A stretch of 57,879 bases of DNA, the filler included, from Squatina squatina (lineage: Eukaryota), in the NCBI GenBank assembly GCA_031763465.1. It is 3 parts of 3 records of this genome, joined end to end, with 100 filler letters (N's around TTAATTAATTAA, not from the genome) between each part and the next. Parts side by side here need not be neighbours in the genome. Positions count along the whole stretch, not along the records: positions 1 to 20,043 come from JARFOE010000100.1; positions 20,144 to 45,266 come from JARFOE010000203.1; 1 more part is not named here. The stretch is one strand, 5' to 3'. Position 1 is the first letter of the stretch; each line of letters opens with the position of its first letter. The position numbers were made by a program, and so were the translations under genes. The notes under the pieces were generated by a model. It was not told the DNA's origin, made no database searches, and was given only the letters and a program-made list of their open reading frames with translations. Shown in pieces: positions 10,726-21,886 of this stretch.

Positions 10726-12434
10726 NNNNNNNNNNNNNNNNNNNNNNNNNNNNNNNNNNNNNNNNNNNNNNNNNNNNNNNNNNNNNNNNNNNNNNNNNNN
10801 NNNNNNNNNNNNNNNNNNNNNNNNNAACTGGAAAAGGGCTTTCCTGAGTGGAGAATTGGGCTGTTTGCCCAACTCTTGCCCTGAGAAAGCTCTTTAATTT
10901 CTTCCGCCTTTGTAAAAGCAAGCGTACAGGCCTGCTTTTACCAGCAGAAGGGTTTTAAAAATATAAAAATCAATTAAATCACTGGATTATTGATTAAAAG
11001 CCATGTGCATTAATGTAAGTATATTTTTATATATCTTAAAACATTTTTTTTTCATTTTCAATTTTTTTGTATTAGTTATTTAATTATGTCATTTTATTAA
11101 ATTTTAATGTTTGGCAAGTTTTAAAAATATATTTTGAAGTGCGAATGCTGTTTTTTGTATCTCCCATTCGTGCTTCTACAAATCTCCATGAAGTCAGAGA
11201 TGAACAGATGTAGGAATGGGAGGTACTCCTACCTGATTGGTTTGGGGCCTCCCACGTGATCCCACCAGTGTATGCGAACTGCCTACGCTGGGGAGATCCC
11301 TGGGCCGCTCCGCCTACGCTCCTGTGGAGGCCCAGGAACGGAAGTTTTCGCAGTCCCCGGACCACCAGGTACTTGCGTAGAAATATTCCCGGTTGGGGCC
11401 CTCCGCACGCAGAAAGCCTCCGACTGGAATTTTCGGGCCAGTGTGTTTACTCCTATCAAAGCTGAGATCAGCTTCTAGCCTGCATACGGCAGTACGTTTG
11501 CTAGGGGTAATTTAACTATGCAACTATCCACAGATTTCAATTATTGCTCGGAAATGGGCCACCTGACCTTTGTAAACACATCTAAGTATTGTTCCGGCTG
11601 GTGTTAAGCAGCAGAAAATAATGAGTAAGAAGCAAGCTCGAAAATTTTGCCTTATGTTCTGGAGGTGCATTGCTGTTCAATGAAATTACGAAACAGCGAG
11701 AAGGTGATTTGAGCTTCGACTCCTCAAGTGTGTCATAAATTCTAAGCAGAAATAACTATTGCTATCAGGGCCATGTGAATAAAATAAAAGGGGCCAAAGA
11801 GATGAAGAAGGAATTTTGAACCAGCAATGATGATGGAAAAAATCCAAAGAATACTGCAATAAAAATAATAATAGAGTCCACTGGCATTCCTGCAAGGTTC
11901 GGCTCCTATTCCTGAATGGGACAGACTGGGACCACTAACTCCCTCTGATTAGCAGGGCTGCGCTGGGAATGAATGACATTCTCCGGCCATTGTTGCTAGG
12001 ACACAGCCTTGCGAAGGCCTGTTTAATGGACCTCCCAGCAGGTGCCAACAGATGAATGGGAAGCCAGGGCTAGAGAAAGTGCAATAATGGCCGAACGTTC
12101 CAGGAATTTGTGTCCGACGGCCCAATTATTTCCCAGATCCCTGATTGTACAAATAGCGGACCTGCCATTGAAGTAGTTGCTGGAGACACGGCTCCGAGAT
12201 GGGGCTTTGATTGGAAGTGGGCTGTCGAGGATTGAAATTATATCGTAAAATCATTAACCTCATGACCTTCTGTCCTTTTGGAGACCTGAAGCTTTGTGTT
12301 GCCATCGAATGGCTGTTCTCAGAGGGTGGGCACCTCCATCACACAGTCGCCCAATCCACCTCATTCTTTCTCAGCATCCCAAACTCTGGAATTCTTCTCC
12401 TCCCTCAGTCTCCCCATTCTCCTTCTCCTCGTGG

Positions 12435-13655
12435 CTGTGGGACTGGGCCCTTCCACTGGTGCACTGTGGGACAGGGCCCTTCCCCTGGTGCACTGTGGGA
12501 TAGGGCCTTTCCTGTGAACCCTGCACTGTGGGACTGGGGCCTTCCACTGGCCCTGTACGATGGGACTGGGCCCTTCCGCTGGTGCACTTTAGGACTCGGC
12601 CCTTGCACTGGTGCCCTGTGGGACTGGGCCCTTCCACTGGGCCCTGCACTGTGGGACTGGAGCCTTCCACTGAGTCCTGCACTGTGGGACTGGAGCCTTC
12701 CACTGGAGTCTTGCACTGCGGGACTGGGCTCTTCCACTGGGCCCTGCACTGTGAGGCTGGGGCCTTCCGCTGGGCCCTGCACTGTCGGACTGGAGCCTTC
12801 CCTTGGTGCACTGTGGGACTGGGCCCTTCCCCTGATGCACTGTGGGACTGGGCCTTTCCCCTGGTACCCTGTGGGACTGGGCCTTTCCCCTGGTGCCCTG
12901 TGGGACTGGGCCTTTCCCCTGGGATCCTGTGGGATGCGGCGCTTCCCATGGTGCCTGTGTCACTGGGACTGGGCCTTCACCTGGGGCCCTGTGGGCTTGG
13001 GCCCTTCACATGGGACCCTTTGCAACTGGGCCCTTCCCCTGGTGCCCTGTTGTCCTGGGCCCTTCCTCTGGTGCCCTGACATCCTGGGCCCTTCCACTGG
13101 TACCCTGAGGTCCTGGGCCCTTCCCCTGGTACCCTGAGGTACTGTGCCGTTCCCCTGGTGCCCTGAGGCCCTGGGCCCTTCTCCTGTTGCCCTGTGCGAC
13201 TGGGCACTTGCCCTGCTGCCCTGTGGGACTTGGCCCTTCTCATGGTGCCCTATATTACTGGGACTGGCCTTCCCCTGGGGCCCTGTGGGACTGGACCTTC
13301 GCCTGATGACCTGTGGGAATGGGCACTTCCCCTGGTGTCCTGTTGGCTGTGCCCTTCACCTGGTGCTGTGCCCTGTGGGACTGGGCCCTTCCCCTAGGGC
13401 CCTGTGGGACTGGGCCCATCACCTGGAGCTCTGTGAAATGGGGACCTTCCATTGGGGTCCCGTGGGACTGGGTCCTTACCCTGGGCCCTACCCCAGGGGC
13501 CCTGTGAGACTGGGCCATTCACCTGGTGCCCTGTGCGGCTGAGTCCTTCTCCTGGTGTCCTGTGGGATGGGGCCCTTCCCCTACTGCCCTGTGTGACTGG
13601 GCCCTTCCCCTGGTGCCCTGTGTGACTGGGCCCTTCCCCTGGTGTCTTGTGGGAC
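12435..13655. repeat. GC-rich minisatellite with 29-bp and 33-bp unit variants, roughly 40 copies, right end in a gap
   Basis: Units ctgtgggactgggcccttcccctggtgcc (29) and ctgtgggactgggcccttccactgggccctgca (33). Confidence 0.97.
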
Positions 13656-14017
13656 NNNNNNNNNNNNNNNNNNNNNNNNNNNNNNNNNNNNNNNNNNNNN
13701 NNNNNNNNNNNNNNNNNNNNNNNNNNNNNNNNNNNNNNNNNNNNNNNNNNNNNNNGCATTTATGTTTGTCTATTTATCATAATTTATTAAAGTAAATAAG
13801 AATGTACTTCATACAGATGTAAGCAGAAATATCTTGGGCACGTTTCAGCAAACATGAGAGAAGGAATGTGAAGTATGCCCAACCAAGCCCGCAGGGGCAC
13901 GTAGTTAAGATAAGGGAGAGAGAGCCTGCAGTGCCTGGCCCAGTGTTTACATCTTAATGCAGTCAGATCTCCTGCGAGAACCCTCGGAGTGAAGTACCGC
14001 TAGTGTGCGAGTGGGAC

Positions 14018-14150
14018 ATGAAGACACAGTGCAAGGGTGCTGCCGAACTCACACCACTGTGTCTGGTAGCAAATCGCAATCCCAAGATCAGCAAGAAGCC
14101 GTCTCTTACTGAGGGCAGTCTGACGTGCCTGGAGACCATGCCCGTCTCTG
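14018..14150 (+). CDS. Candidate first coding exon of an unidentified gene
   Basis: gacATG opens 44 codons (MKTQCKGAAELTPLCLVANRNPKISKKPSLTEGSLTCLETMPVS) ending at a consensus CTG|GTGAGT donor in non-repetitive sequence. Confidence 0.35.
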
Positions 14151-15849
14151 GTGAGTTTACATCGCACCTCAGTCTTTTTAATAGTTACAAAACGTGACTT
14201 TCTCTCCTCTCGCCCCTCCCTGCACTGGGCTCATTGTTGGCTGGTCAGTGGATGACCTGCTGACCTGCTCCACAACGTCATTAATGATGTGTTGGAGCTG
14301 ACGGCAAGGAGTTGTGTCTGCACTGACTCACCTTTGAATCTGGTCCCCACCTCGCTCTGTTTCTCTCTGCCTTTGCCTTCCCTCTTCCGCATCTCCCTCT
14401 CACCCTCCTTCTGTCCCAACCTGTATTTCTCTGCTCCTTGCCCACCCTTTGTAGGGTAAATCTGCCAATTTTACACTCGCCATAGGGAGCCAGGCTTGAG
14501 GGGAGCACAGGCCAGAGAATCACTGCAGTAGTGTTCTAGCCCTCTCTCTGACCCTATGAGTGCAGCTCCATTTCGGGAGGCAGAGTCTGAATTACCAGAA
14601 TATTGTTTCATCCCCTTCTCTATCTCTATCTGTCCATTAGCCTGAGTGGCCTCTTGGCAAGCTAAACTTTAACCCCGATCACTACCCAGTGCAAGTGTGT
14701 GGACATCCTGTGAGGATCGGATTNNNNNNNNNNNNNNNNNNNNNNNNNNNNNNNNNNNNNNNNNNNNNNNNNNNNNNNNNNNNNNNNNNNNNNNNNNNNN
14801 NNNNNNNNNNNNNNNNNNNNNNNGTTCAAAGTTGAGAGAGGAAGTTAATGGTTCCAAAAGGGGCAAACTTCTTCATGTTAATGAATTGTTCCCTTGCCTT
14901 ATCAATCGTCAGAGGCTTTAGCAGAGGAAGAAATACCAGAGGCTGGTGGACAATTGTGTGAGGGATGTAAATTAAAAGCAGCGCTGCATTTATCATCTCT
15001 TGTATCTGCAATTGGAGCTCTGCACCCATAACCCATAAACACCTTGCCTACAATCCAACGGATGCCAAGTCCAAGGGGAAAGACTTACGAAATACAAGTT
15101 GCACGGAGCTCCGGGCGGTTTTAATATTGTCCAGGGCACCCTGTAGAGCCAAGGATTTATTTTTCTTCCACAGTACCACACTGCCAAGCTCGCTGCCTTC
15201 AGTAAATCAAAAGAGTGAACTCAAAAATATGTTCCAAACATTTACATAACACATGGGCTGCTCTCCCAGTACCTTCAGAAACTATTCTCCTGCATGTCTG
15301 GCCTTTTATGGTAGTCTTTGACCACTAGTTAGTGGGGTGGGTGGCTCAGAAGGAAAAAGCTTACTTCTGTTTGTTCACTAAATAGTATTTTGGCTGTCGA
15401 GTCAGAATGCTTCCATGGCAAGTGCGCGTGAATGTGTCATAGTCTATGTGTACAGGCGCATGGCTCGGAGAGGTCCAGAGCGAAGGACCCAGAGCTTTAG
15501 TTACCTTTCTTTTCTGAATTAACTGGGCTCAACCCATGCAGAAGTTGGAGCACCTTGATTGGCCTCAGAATTGAGAGAGTGTGGGGAGAGAGTGTGGGTT
15601 AGCCAGGGCTCCTGCTCCCCATCATTATCTGCTGATGGTAGCCCAGATGTGCAAACATTGGATGAGGACNNNNNNNNNNNNNNNNNNNNNNNNNNNNNNN
15701 NNNNNNNNNNNNNNNNNNNNNNNNNNNNNNNNNNNNNNNNNNNNNNNNNNNNNNNNNNNNNNNNNNNNNGGAAAGCTTCTTTCTATCCACCCTATCAAAT
15801 CCTTTAATCATCTCAAAACATCTCAATTATATATTAAAGGCTAATGGAA

Positions 15850-16075
15850 TGTTAGCCTTCATCTTAAGTAAATATAAGCCTAGTCTCTGCAACCTGTCCT
15901 CATAATTTAACCCTTTTAGCCTCGGTATCGTTCTGGTGAATCTGCGCTGCTCCCGTTCCAAGGCCAATATCTCCTTCCTGATGTGCGGTGCCCAGAGCTG
16001 AAAGCAGTTACTCTGGATATGGCCTAACCGGAGCTTTATACAACTGTAGCATAACTCCTACCCTTTTTGTATTCC
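15850..16075 (-). mobile_element. CR1 3' ORF2 fragment
   Basis: gtgcggtgcccagagctgaaagcagtt and tccaaggccaatatctccttcct correspond to QFWAP and RKDILALE on the minus strand. Confidence 0.65.
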
Positions 16076-16586
16076 ATTAGCCTTTAACATGCCATTGCAC
16101 CTTGCACCTTATGAAACTGACATTGATTTGAAAGCTCAGACCGGAATATCAAGTTGGGTAGAGAACCAAAATGATCTCCCATTGTGTATCTGCCGCATGC
16201 ACCGCACCACGCTGGGAAGCATGCTGCGAGACTCCGAGCAGTGCCGCTCTGTAACTGCTCGAAGGTGCACAGCAGCTGTCTTTGCTGCCCCACCTCTGCT
16301 CTGTTACTGGCGGAGATTAAGAACTGGCTGTACACAAGCCTTTGTCACCACTCCCAGCCATGTTGCATTTGGCCTCTGGCCATCGGGAGCAGAAGCTGCT
16401 TCTAACTTTGAATATTCGGTCAGGCGACTGCATTTTCCAGCACTTGCTGCAGCGGTAAGGTGGTATAGAGTTACTGGAGAGTTTAGNNNNNNNNNNNNNN
16501 NNNNNNNNNNNNNNNNNNNNNNNNNNNNNNNNNNNNNNNNNNNNNNNNNNNNNNNNNNNNNNNNNNNNNNNNNNNNNNNNNNNNNN

Positions 16587-16780
16587 CTCCCCTCAAACTG
16601 TGGGACTCCTCCCCTCCCTCAGTCTCCCCTCAAACTGTGGGACTCCTCCCCTCCCTCAGTCTCTCCTCAAACTGTGGGACTTCTCCCCTCCCTCAGTCTC
16701 TCCTCAAACTGTGGGACTTCACCTCTCCCTCATTCTCTCCTCAAACTGTGGGACCCCTCTCCTCTCTCAGTCTCCTCTTC
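16587..16780. repeat. 37-bp pyrimidine-rich minisatellite, at least 5 copies
   Basis: Unit ctcccctcaaactgtgggactcctcccctccctcagt at 16587, 16624, 16661, 16698 and 16735. Confidence 0.95.
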
Positions 16781-17424
16781 CCCCAAAGTCTACAAGCTCT
16801 TCTTTCTGAAATGCAAGTATCGCGTCAGCTAATCAGCGCTCTCTGATTTACCTTGTCCTCCCTCCTCAGTAACACAATACCAGACTTGAGATCTGCTCCA
16901 GCGCCGAGTATGCAGTGAAAGAGTTAAGGTCTCATTTCCTGTCCCCTGATGAGACGTGTTTCCGAGGTAGTTCAATGAGAAACATAATGGCATTAGGCGC
17001 TGGTTCGTGCTATCAGCTGATGTACGCATGACCCTGGTTGTCAGTACGGAGGAGGTGGGTGTTATGAGGGGAGGAGAAAGAGTACAGCAAAAACAAGCAA
17101 GGGAGCGTTGATGTTGTGGTCTCGTCGTTAACCACAAGGGAAGGAAGGAAGGAAGGAATGGGAAACAAGAGAGAAAAAGCTGTTCAATGTCGTGAAGCAC
17201 AGAGAGGGATATCTGTCAACGTACTTCAAGCAAGCTACATGCCTTGTTAAACATGATCGATCATAAGTGACTGGATCTGAAATCTAAACAAAATAAAAGT
17301 GGCTCTGTCCCAGGCACTGGGCTGGCCATTCATTTCTTGTTGGCTGTGGCTTTGAGATAAGATCGGAGAGGAACAATGTCCTGGAGGTGGAGTTGGAGGA
17401 GCCTTTCACAGGTAACAGGTACAA

Positions 17425-17578
17425 GGGAAGAGGGGAGGGAAGGGTGGGGGAGGAGAGAGAGGGAGAGAGAGAGAGAGCAGGGGAGGAGATGATAAAGGGG
17501 AAAGAGAAAAAGGAGAGAGAGAGAAGGGGGAAAGAGAAAGAAGATGGAGAAGGGAAAACGAGAAGAAAGGAGAGGGAT
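17425..17578. repeat. Purine-rich (GA) low-complexity tract
   Basis: Almost only G and A on the plus strand. Confidence 0.85.
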
Positions 17579-17949
17579 GCCAGATATTTCAGGTTGTATC
17601 GGAGATCATATAGACCGCTCAGGTTTTCATTAAACTGCCATTCCATTTCGCTAATGCTTGAAAGCAGGGTGCCCAACCTTCAGTCACATCTGACCCTCCC
17701 CATCCCTGGCAATTTGCCCCTTAAAAACCCAGGCAGCTCAGTCCCATTTGCAATTATATTATTTGCTGCTTTGTCATGTTTGAATTTTTGTGTTGAGTCA
17801 ACACAGAATCTTTAGTATGATTGCAATATTACCAGCTCAGATTTTGTTTAACGTGAATCTTGTGAGCTTACCATGAACAGATTGTCTCACAATGTTTTGG
17901 CTTTTGATTGGATATAGGACATCTGCCACTGGAAGCAGTTTCTCCTTAT

Positions 17950-18216
17950 TTACTCTATCAAATCGCCCCTTAATCTTCTCTGCTCCAACAAGAACAACCC
18001 CAGCTTTTCTCGTCTCTCCACATAATTGAAGTTGTTTATCCCTACCACCATAGTGAAGAAGAACGCTGTAGACTGCAGGAAGATATCAGTAGACAGATGG
18101 GCAGAACAGTGGCAAATGGAATTCAATCCGGAGAAGTGCGAGGTAATGCATTTGGGAAGGGCTAACAAGGTGAGGAAATACACAATAAATGGTAGGACAC
18201 TGAGAAGTGTAGAACA
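17950..18216. mobile_element. Two CR1 fragments in opposite orientation
   Basis: Minus strand: ERREKLGLFLLEQRRLRGDLIE. Plus strand: RWAEQWQMEFNPEKCEVMHLGRAN. Confidence 0.8.
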
Positions 18217-18339
18217 NNNNNNNNNNNNNNNNNNNNNNNNNNNNNNNNNNNNNNNNNNNNNNNNNNNNNNNNNNNNNNNNNNNNNNNNNNNNNNNNNNNN
18301 NNNNNNNNNNNNNNNNGGCTTTGGAATGTTTTGAAATCC

Positions 18340-18746
18340 GGCATTGAGAATCACACCTGCGTTAGGGAGGCAGGGCGGGGTGCGGTGGGGTGGGGAAGGG
18401 TAGGGGGAGAACGCCGGCGCCGCCGACCTTCGGACCAGTCGCAAGCCGAGCTTTGCGCTTCGAATCGCGGCCACTGGCTCTCCGGAGGAAGCTGGGTCCG
18501 CCTTGAAACCGACATTGACGATCCATGTTAGTTTCGTGAAACTGACGAGGAGGAGGAGGAGGAGGTTTCCATGTTGTGAACCCGCTGCTCAACCGCGCTT
18601 TCTCTCTCTTTTCCCCCCCCTCCCCTCCTCCTCCTCCCCTTTTTAAAAAATATATAAATCTTATTTTTTTTCCTGGGGAGGGAAGGGGGGGGGGGAAAAG
18701 AAAAAAAAATCAATTGTTTTAAAAAGAATAAAAGAAGATTTAGCTC
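18340..18746 (+). promoter_or_regulatory. CpG-island promoter and 5' UTR of CTDSP1
   Basis: CpG-dense, non-repetitive sequence with a GC box (gggcgggg near 18373), directly upstream of the first coding exon. Confidence 0.7.
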
Positions 18747-18813
18747 ATGGACAACTCGTCCATAATCACCCAAGTCAGCAAAGAGGAGGCGCACACCCCG
18801 CTCCGAGAGAAAG
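18747..18813 (+). CDS. CTDSP1: CTDSP1 (SCP1) first coding exon
   Basis: ATG...AAAG|gtaac, 67 bp, MDNSSIITQVSKEEAHTPLREK (human CTDSP1 [22 protein letters not shown]). Same scaffold as the 2q35 neighbours ARPC2, CXCR1 and ZNF142. Confidence 0.88.
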
Positions 18814-19678
18814 GTAACAATTCAGTTACATTGAAACTAACGCGGCAACATTGTATCACCGACCCCATTGTTGTGGTTTGAACATCGCAACTTTGTATCA
18901 ACTCAACCGCAACATTGTTGCGATTCCTCCCTCCTCCCCTTTCCCTGCCAGCTTGCGATGCTGTGTCCGCTGGCTTAAACCCTGTTTGTGTGTCTCTTCC
19001 CGCCCTCCGTTTATCTCTTCAGTTCCCGTTTGAATTTGAATTTTTTTATATTGTATATGCTTTCGTGTTTTTTTTAAACGGTTCTGCTTCGGGTTAGATT
19101 AAAAAACGGTCTCTCTTTTCCCCCATTAATAAATGGTGTTATTTTCTCTGGTGGGTCTTNNNNNNNNNNNNNNNNNNNNNNNNNNNNNNNNNNNNNNNNN
19201 NNNNNNNNNNNNNNNNNNNNNNNNNNNNNNNNNNNNNNNNNNNNNNNNNNNNNNNNNNNGCATATAATGAAACATTTAGATAGATTGCAGATACTGCTGC
19301 TTATTAAGAATCTCAGCTTCTGAGTGACCAAACTCTGGATCATTGCTAACTCTAATGTCTTGGACTAGAGCACTGCTACTTGATCATTAGGGACTGAAGA
19401 TACGCAATGTACACGATCAGTGGACTGCCAAACATCAGTCACACACTCCATACTGAATTTGCCGCAGCCTTGAACATATACCCCATATTCATCATAGCCA
19501 CACGGATTTACTAGATGGTGACCACTGCAACTATGAATAATAATGTTATAATTAGACTTTGGATCTCCATGAGATGTGTAACTGAAGGTAACTGTTTTAG
19601 GAATTATAATTAAAGAAAAAAAATAAATTGCATTTATTTTGAACATCTCTGAAATTTTTTTTTTATGGTGCGTGCCAG

Positions 19679-20043
19679 TTGACGTCCAGGAAGGAATGGA
19701 ACATCTGTACAAGACTCACATCTGCCCTGAATGCAAACGCTGCTTCAAGAAGAGAACCCACCTGGTCGAGCACCTTCACCTGCACTGCCCGGAGCCAAGC
19801 CTCCAGTGTCCCCACTGCCAGAAGTTCTTCACCAGCAAGGGAAAGCTGAAGGTCCACCTGATGCGGGAGCTGGGTGAGAAGACCCACCATTGCCCACTGT
19901 GCGACTACAGCGCGGTGGAAAAGAACTCGCTGAACCGGCACATGGCCAGCATGCACGAAAACACCACCAACTTCTACTCCGATGTGTACTCGTGCCCGGC
20001 ATGCGAGGAGAAGTTCACCATCAGCAACTCGCTGAAGGAGCAC
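19679..20043 (+). CDS. ZNF142: ZNF142 exon with C2H2 fingers, truncated by scaffold end
   Basis: CPECKRCFKKRTHLVEHLHLH, CPHCQKFFTSKGKLKVHLMRELGEK, CPLCDYSAVEKNSLNRHMASMH and NFYSD match ZNF142; acceptor tgccag ends at 19678. Confidence 0.9.
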
Positions 20044-20143
20044 NNNNNNNNNNNNNNNNNNNNNNNNNNNNNNNNNNNNNNNNNNNNTTAATTAATTAAN
20101 NNNNNNNNNNNNNNNNNNNNNNNNNNNNNNNNNNNNNNNNNNN
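20044..20143. other. Artificial scaffold-joining linker
   Basis: N44 + TTAATTAATTAA (stops in all six frames) + N44; syntenic group changes across it. Confidence 0.97.
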
Positions 20144-20525
20144 GTTCCTGAATTTCTCCCTCAACCCCGAGTTCCTGACCTTCTCTCTGCGCCCTCCGCC
20201 TCCTCCCCAGAGTTCCTGACCTTCTCCATCCCCGCTTCTATCTATGCCGTGCTTTTGGACACATACTGATTGACTCAGAATAATATTCTCATTGATAGTA
20301 TGCAATCACATTGTGCATTCAATGCCGTTATTTCCACATTTACAGTTGGACAAGCACTCAACTAATAGTATTGATGTTATATCGATAATATTGAATTGTT
20401 CAACCTATATGCTCACGGTCAATCATGTATGCTCACACCTACACTCTTAATCTACAACTGTGAATTTGTGCAGTGTCACAACTCTACCCAACAAAACAAA
20501 CAAAAACGGGCTGGTGGGAACTCAC

Positions 20526-20681
20526 CTGATTAGCAAACAGAGTTGTAACGAACTTTCCCGGTTTGAAGATATCCACTACCTTCTTAATCAGGTCAGTGTA
20601 GGAATCCAAGGCTAGATTCGTTTCGAAGCTTACATAGGAGAAGTCAGGCTCTGGCGTGATGTGAACCGTCCAATATGTTCC
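20526..20681 (-). CDS. AMD1: S-adenosylmethionine decarboxylase (AMD1-like) exon
   Basis: 156 bp with tag and gtgag boundaries. Encodes [52 protein letters not shown]. Family assignment is secure; may be a paralogue. Confidence 0.9.
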
Positions 20682-21223
20682 CTAAAGTTATGCAGAGACA
20701 AAGAAAGAAGTAGCTGNNNNNNNNNNNNNNNNNNNNNNNNNNNNNNNNNNNNNNNNNNNNNNNNNNNNNNNNNNNNNNNNNNNNNNNNNNNNNNNNNNNN
20801 NNNNNNNNNNNNNNNNCTGGAATCGCTGATTGCGTCCAAAGCAGAAAATCTACTGCACTATTCCACTCTCAGTGCATCACTGTTAATAAGGCAAAGGGTC
20901 GATCTAATCCATTGCAAACAGATCCGCATTTCCACCTTCATTTAAAACAGAAAACGATTCAAAGTCTACTTTGTAACTCTTAAAGTGATAGTCATACTGT
21001 CTGCTGTGTTCACTGAGCAGAATTATGCTTAAGGGCTATTAAACATCTGTCACAAAGGCGTTATGTGTCATTTTATGGAACCACTAACCAGATTTTTTCT
21101 CAGTTCTTATTTTAAACGCTGTTGATGCATTAACAGGCTACCGATCTCAGAAGATTGTTTTTCATGATGGCCCGTGCAATGAAATATTTGGATGTTTGCT
21201 TGTCTGTGTAGCTGAGTACTTAC

Positions 21224-21316
21224 ATCTGCTTTCAGTCCATTCATAGAGTAGCCACAGGGATTGAACATTGTGGCATCTATTACCGAGCCGGGTATCAGGT
21301 CACGTATCCCACTCAT
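21224..21316 (-). CDS. AMD1: S-adenosylmethionine decarboxylase (AMD1-like) exon
   Basis: 93 bp with cag and gtaagt boundaries. Encodes [31 protein letters not shown] and splices in frame to the exon at 20681. Confidence 0.92.
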
Positions 21317-21703
21317 CTGAGAAAACAGATCATTTTAGGAAAGTGTAAGGCACATTAAGCTCCAGTTATGTGTCTATAATCATCTGTGCCCAGCCTATAT
21401 GACATGTTGGTTTTGAGGCTGGAGTTTTGGAATTCTGAGCATTCTCAAAATGGCTACAGATCCAAACGACAAAGGATTTTACTTTTCAATTTGTTGCATA
21501 CCTGCTTTCAGTTCTGCAAAATAAGCCAGACTTCATCCCACGTGAAGCATGACTAAGAAATTGCAAAGTTTCTGAGTGTGCCGTGCTGAAATGTTTTCTA
21601 ATTATCCCTTCAAATTGCACTTTATGGTGTTTCTTTTTACAACTGTATTTCCCAAAGAAGGCATAGCAATTATATCACAATGTGCCATTGTCTTGGATTC
21701 ACC

Positions 21704-21886
21704 ATGTCGGAAGCACAGAGAGTTCCGTTTTGCCCGTTGGCAAGAATCGCTGAGTTCGCAGCAGGAGAACTGAGAAGAAGATTCCATCTGAATTCCACAC
21801 TTGCAGAGCTCTACAATGGAGTCTCTATCACTATTCACCAAGTGTTAGAACCCAAAGCTTTCTGCTGTCAGGAGAACCAGAGTTCT
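21704..21886 (+). CDS. Candidate coding start of an unidentified protein
   Basis: caccATG context; 61 codons open up to the gap (MSEAQRVPFCPLARIAEFAAGELRRRFHLNSTLAELYNG...); not a repeat I recognise. Confidence 0.3.

Noticed and set aside
12211-13795. Many long overlapping Gly/Pro/Trp/Cys-rich ORFs up to 308 aa
   Set aside because: By-product of a stop-poor minisatellite; ORFs occur in all frames on both strands and the main 29-bp unit is not a multiple of 3.
16089-16486. Cys-rich ORFs
   Set aside because: No recognisable domain or clear splice boundaries; more likely decayed repeat or chance.
17284-17815. Glu/Arg/Lys-rich and Ser/Leu/Pro-rich ORFs
   Set aside because: Translations of a GA-rich low-complexity tract.
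18814-19678. miR-26 hairpin expected in a CTDSP1 intron
   Set aside because: No TTCAAGTAAT seed region found by eye; the host intron is probably not assembled here.
20088-20099. Palindromic TTAATTAATTAA (also 45311-45322) as a biological site
   Set aside because: Centred in exactly 44+44 Ns at both places; an artificial six-frame-stop linker.
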